From positions 416,001 through 480,000 of the forward strand of contig CAWCKJ010000004.1 in assembly GCA_963796105.1 (NCBI GenBank): DNA of 64,000 bases, read 5' to 3'. This document shows, in pieces, positions 61,597-64,000 of the stretch (the stretch's first letter is position 1; each line of letters starts with the position of its first letter). The stretch comes from a candidate division FCPU426 bacterium (GTDB taxonomy: Bacteria; Oederibacteriota; Muellerivitia; Muellerivitales; Muellerivitaceae). The position numbers were made by a program, and so were the translations under genes. Under the pieces are notes generated by a model. It ran no database searches and was not told the origin of the DNA. It worked only from the letters and a program-made list of their open reading frames with translations.

Positions 61597-62850
61597 ATGG
61601 ATATTACGGAACTGAAGCAGAAAAATATCGTCGAGTTGACGGAAGTTGCCAGGGGGTTGAAGATCGAGGCCGCCGGCGCCATGAAAAAACAGGATTTGAT
61701 ATTCAAAATCCTGGAAACCCAAGGAAACGGGGTCATCAACGCCGAGGGGGTCCTGGAAATCCTTCCTGACGGTTTCGGCTTCTTAAGGTCGGTCAACTAC
61801 AGTTACCTGCCGGGTCCTGATGACATATACGTCGCCTCATCCCAGATCCGAAGGTTCAATTTAAGAACCGGCGACACAGTCGCCGGCCAAATCCGCCCGC
61901 CCAGGGAAGGCGAAAGATATTTCGCGATCTTGAAAGTTGAGAGCGTCAATTTCGAACCCCCTGAGGCCATTCAGAAAAAAGTCCTGTTCGACAACCTCAC
62001 CCCCATTTACCCCGACAAACGGATTTGGCTGGAAACAACCCAGGAAGACCTTTCCATGAGGATCATGGATCTCCTGATTCCCCTGGGAAAGGGCCAGAGG
62101 GGATTGATCGTGTCACCCCCTCGCGCCGGAAAAACCATCTTGCTTCAGAAAATAGCTAACAGCATTACCAAGAACCATCCCGAGGTCGTTTTGATCGTTC
62201 TTTTAATCGATGAGCGTCCTGAGGAAGTCACGGATATGCAGCGCTCCGTCAAGGGAGAGGTTGTCTCGTCCACTTTCGATGAACCGCCGGAGCGCCATGT
62301 CGCGGTCGCGGAAATCATCATTGAGAAAGCCAAAAGGCTGGTGGAGCATAAAAAGGACGTGGTAATTCTCCTGGACTCCATCACCCGCCTGGGCCGGGCC
62401 TATAACACGATCGTCCCCCCCTCCGGGAAAATTTTATCAGGTGGCGTGGATTCCAACGCCCTCCAACGGCCAAAGCGTTTCTTCGGGGCCGCCCGGGGCA
62501 TGGAAGAAGGCGGCAGTTTGACCATTATCGCCACCGCCCTCATCGACACGGGAAGCCGGATGGATGAGGTGATTTTTGAGGAATTCAAGGGCACGGGCAA
62601 CATGGAAATCATCCTGGACCGGAAACTCGCGGACCGGCGTGTTTTCCCGGCTTTTGACATAACCCGGTCCGGAACTCGACGGGAGGAACTCCTTTTAACC
62701 GAGGAGGAACTAAACAAAATTTGGATTTTGCGGAAAATTCTAAGCCCAAATAACCCTGTCGAGGCGATGGAATTCCTCTTGGATAAAATGAGGCGGACGA
62801 AAACCAACAAGGCCTTTTTGGAATCAATGAAGGGGAACGTGGAGCTTTAA
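61597..62850 (+). CDS. rho: transcription termination factor Rho
   Basis: [34 protein letters not shown]. Confidence 0.99.
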   Translation: MDITELKQKNIVELTEVARGLKIEAAGAMKKQDLIFKILETQGNGVINAEGVLEILPDGFGFLRSVNYSYLPGPDDIYVASSQIRRFNLRTGDTVAGQIRPPREGERYFAILKVESVNFEPPEAIQKKVLFDNLTPIYPDKRIWLETTQEDLSMRIMDLLIPLGKGQRGLIVSPPRAGKTILLQKIANSITKNHPEVVLIVLLIDERPEEVTDMQRSVKGEVVSSTFDEPPERHVAVAEIIIEKAKRLVEHKKDVVILLDSITRLGRAYNTIVPPSGKILSGGVDSNALQRPKRFFGAARGMEEGGSLTIIATALIDTGSRMDEVIFEEFKGTGNMEIILDRKLADRRVFPAFDITRSGTRREELLLTEEELNKIWILRKILSPNNPVEAMEFLLDKMRRTKTNKAFLESMKGNVEL

Positions 62851-62968
62851 ACCGCGGGTCAGTTCCGGCATTGAATATATTTTTCTAGCGCGGCCCTCTT
62901 TTCCAATGGATTAAAATGGTTTATTAATATTGCTTTGAAATTGTGTCTTTGTTAAGAAATAACCCTCC

Positions 62969-63544
62969 ATGATCACAACCACCCACATCCTGTTGAACAC
63001 GGCTATCCTGGGCCGCAAGAAGAACCCCGAGCGGAATTGGGCCTTGATCCTGGGCTCCTTCATTCCCGATTCGCCCATGATTTTTTATTTCATCGTTCTT
63101 TTCTTCAACCAATGGCGCTTCGCCGGCACGGGAAAAAACGCCCTCTCCGAGTTCCACTACCGTTTGCTTTGGGTGGATTGGGCCCATTCCCTCCCCCTGG
63201 CCGCAGGGGGAATGCTTCTTTGCTTGTTGCTGAAATACCGGAAAGCCGTCTATGTTTTCGCGGCCATGGCCCTGCATGACCTGGAAGACCTACCAGTTCA
63301 CGCGGATTTCGTCCACCGCCATTTCCTTCCCTTGAGCAACTGGCGTTTTTTCAGCCCCATTTCCTTTTGGGACCCGAACCATTACGGCAATTACTTCGCC
63401 CCCTTCGAGTGGTTCCTCGTTCTTCTTTCAACCATCCTGCTTTGGCGAAGAGGTCTCAAGCCTCCGGCGCAGGTGGCCTTGATCCTCATCTGCGTATTTC
63501 ACGGGCTCTGGCTGCTTTACTCCTACGCAGGATTGCGCTGGTAA
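62969..63544 (+). CDS. membrane protein, possible metal-dependent hydrolase
   Basis: TH, GS..PD, HS, LH...D...H pattern with TM helices. Confidence 0.6.
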   Translation: MITTTHILLNTAILGRKKNPERNWALILGSFIPDSPMIFYFIVLFFNQWRFAGTGKNALSEFHYRLLWVDWAHSLPLAAGGMLLCLLLKYRKAVYVFAAMALHDLEDLPVHADFVHRHFLPLSNWRFFSPISFWDPNHYGNYFAPFEWFLVLLSTILLWRRGLKPPAQVALILICVFHGLWLLYSYAGLRW

Positions 63545-63574
63545 AACTTCCAACCAAAACCTAATTCCACCACA

Positions 63575-63648
63575 TGCCAGCCTTCAATAAAACTTTTAAT
63601 GGGGCTGGTATTGTACCGATCTCAATATCACTTAATGGGAGATCGGCA
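63575..63648 (+). repeat. double-hairpin MITE-like element, copy 9
   Basis: CA|TGCCAGCC...GGCTGGTA-TTG-TACCGATC...GATCGGCA|CA inside CACCACA|GGGACACA. Confidence 0.88.
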
Positions 63649-63869
63649 CAGGGACACAAAGACACCGCTAAAAATTTTTAAGAGATTGTCCCTATCGGCC
63701 AAAAAACGCCTTTGGGCCGCCACTTGGCCGGGGCCTAAAACCAGCCGGTCACTGGCTCTTCATTTGAAGGACGGAGCTCTGTGACCCTGTGGAAAAAAAT
63801 TTGTTAAATGCTAAAAATAATAAGCTGGGTCCCTGGGTCTCTGAGGTGAGATTGGGTTTGTGGGAGCTT

Positions 63870-64000
63870 CTAGTCTTTTTTGCGGAGTAAAGAGGACGAC
63901 TCGTTATCCAAGGCGAACAGCAGTTTACCGTCCGTGGGGCGAAGGTACTGAACAGGGTATTTCGGCGGGTCCGAGGGTCCTTCCAACGCGTTCTTTAATA
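63870..64000 (-). CDS. pgl: C-terminus of a probable 6-phosphogluconolactonase (partial)
   Basis: Manual translation LKNALEGPSDPPKYPVQYLRPTDGKLLFALDNESSSLLRKKD* resembles Pgl C-termini. Confidence 0.6.
   Translation of the reverse strand, partial: LKNALEGPSDPPKYPVQYLRPTDGKLLFALDNESSSLLRKKD

Overview
64-kb bacterial chromosomal window. The left half (~4-36 kb) is an accessory hotspot and the right half is mostly housekeeping. Left half, in order: dinB (runs off the window), small regulators, a DUF488/partner operon, an AAA-DUF4143 ATPase, a dense repeat zone containing a complete IS21, an ORF6N gene, a hemerythrin-qNor-KatG block bracketed by direct repeats, an IS1595 splitting a membrane gene, a broken Sel1 gene, vapBC and tRNA-Ser(CGA). 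The tRNA is targeted at both ends. An 11.3-kb integrative mobilisable element (frameshifted integrase, excisionase, relaxase, coupling protein, IS1380, hicBA, CBM lipoprotein) sits in its 5' half, and a tandem set of ~115-bp tRNA-3'-end units lies on the other side. Right half: two pdxH, IS4, mprF, trmL, higBA, MarR-TolC-EmrAB, NCS2 permease, PAS kinase, tkt, rho and the end of pgl. Best new signals: (1) nine copies of a 74-78-bp double-hairpin element with covarying stems, inserted at TG/CA inside other REP-type repeats whose empty versions are also in the window; (2) a perfect 31-bp palindrome inside the ORF6N coding sequence with variant copies upstream; (3) integration at the 5' half of a tRNA that separates it from its native promoter; (4) a repeat-punctuated cassette zone at 7.2-13.5 kb. 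All family calls come from motif recognition by eye; no database search was run.
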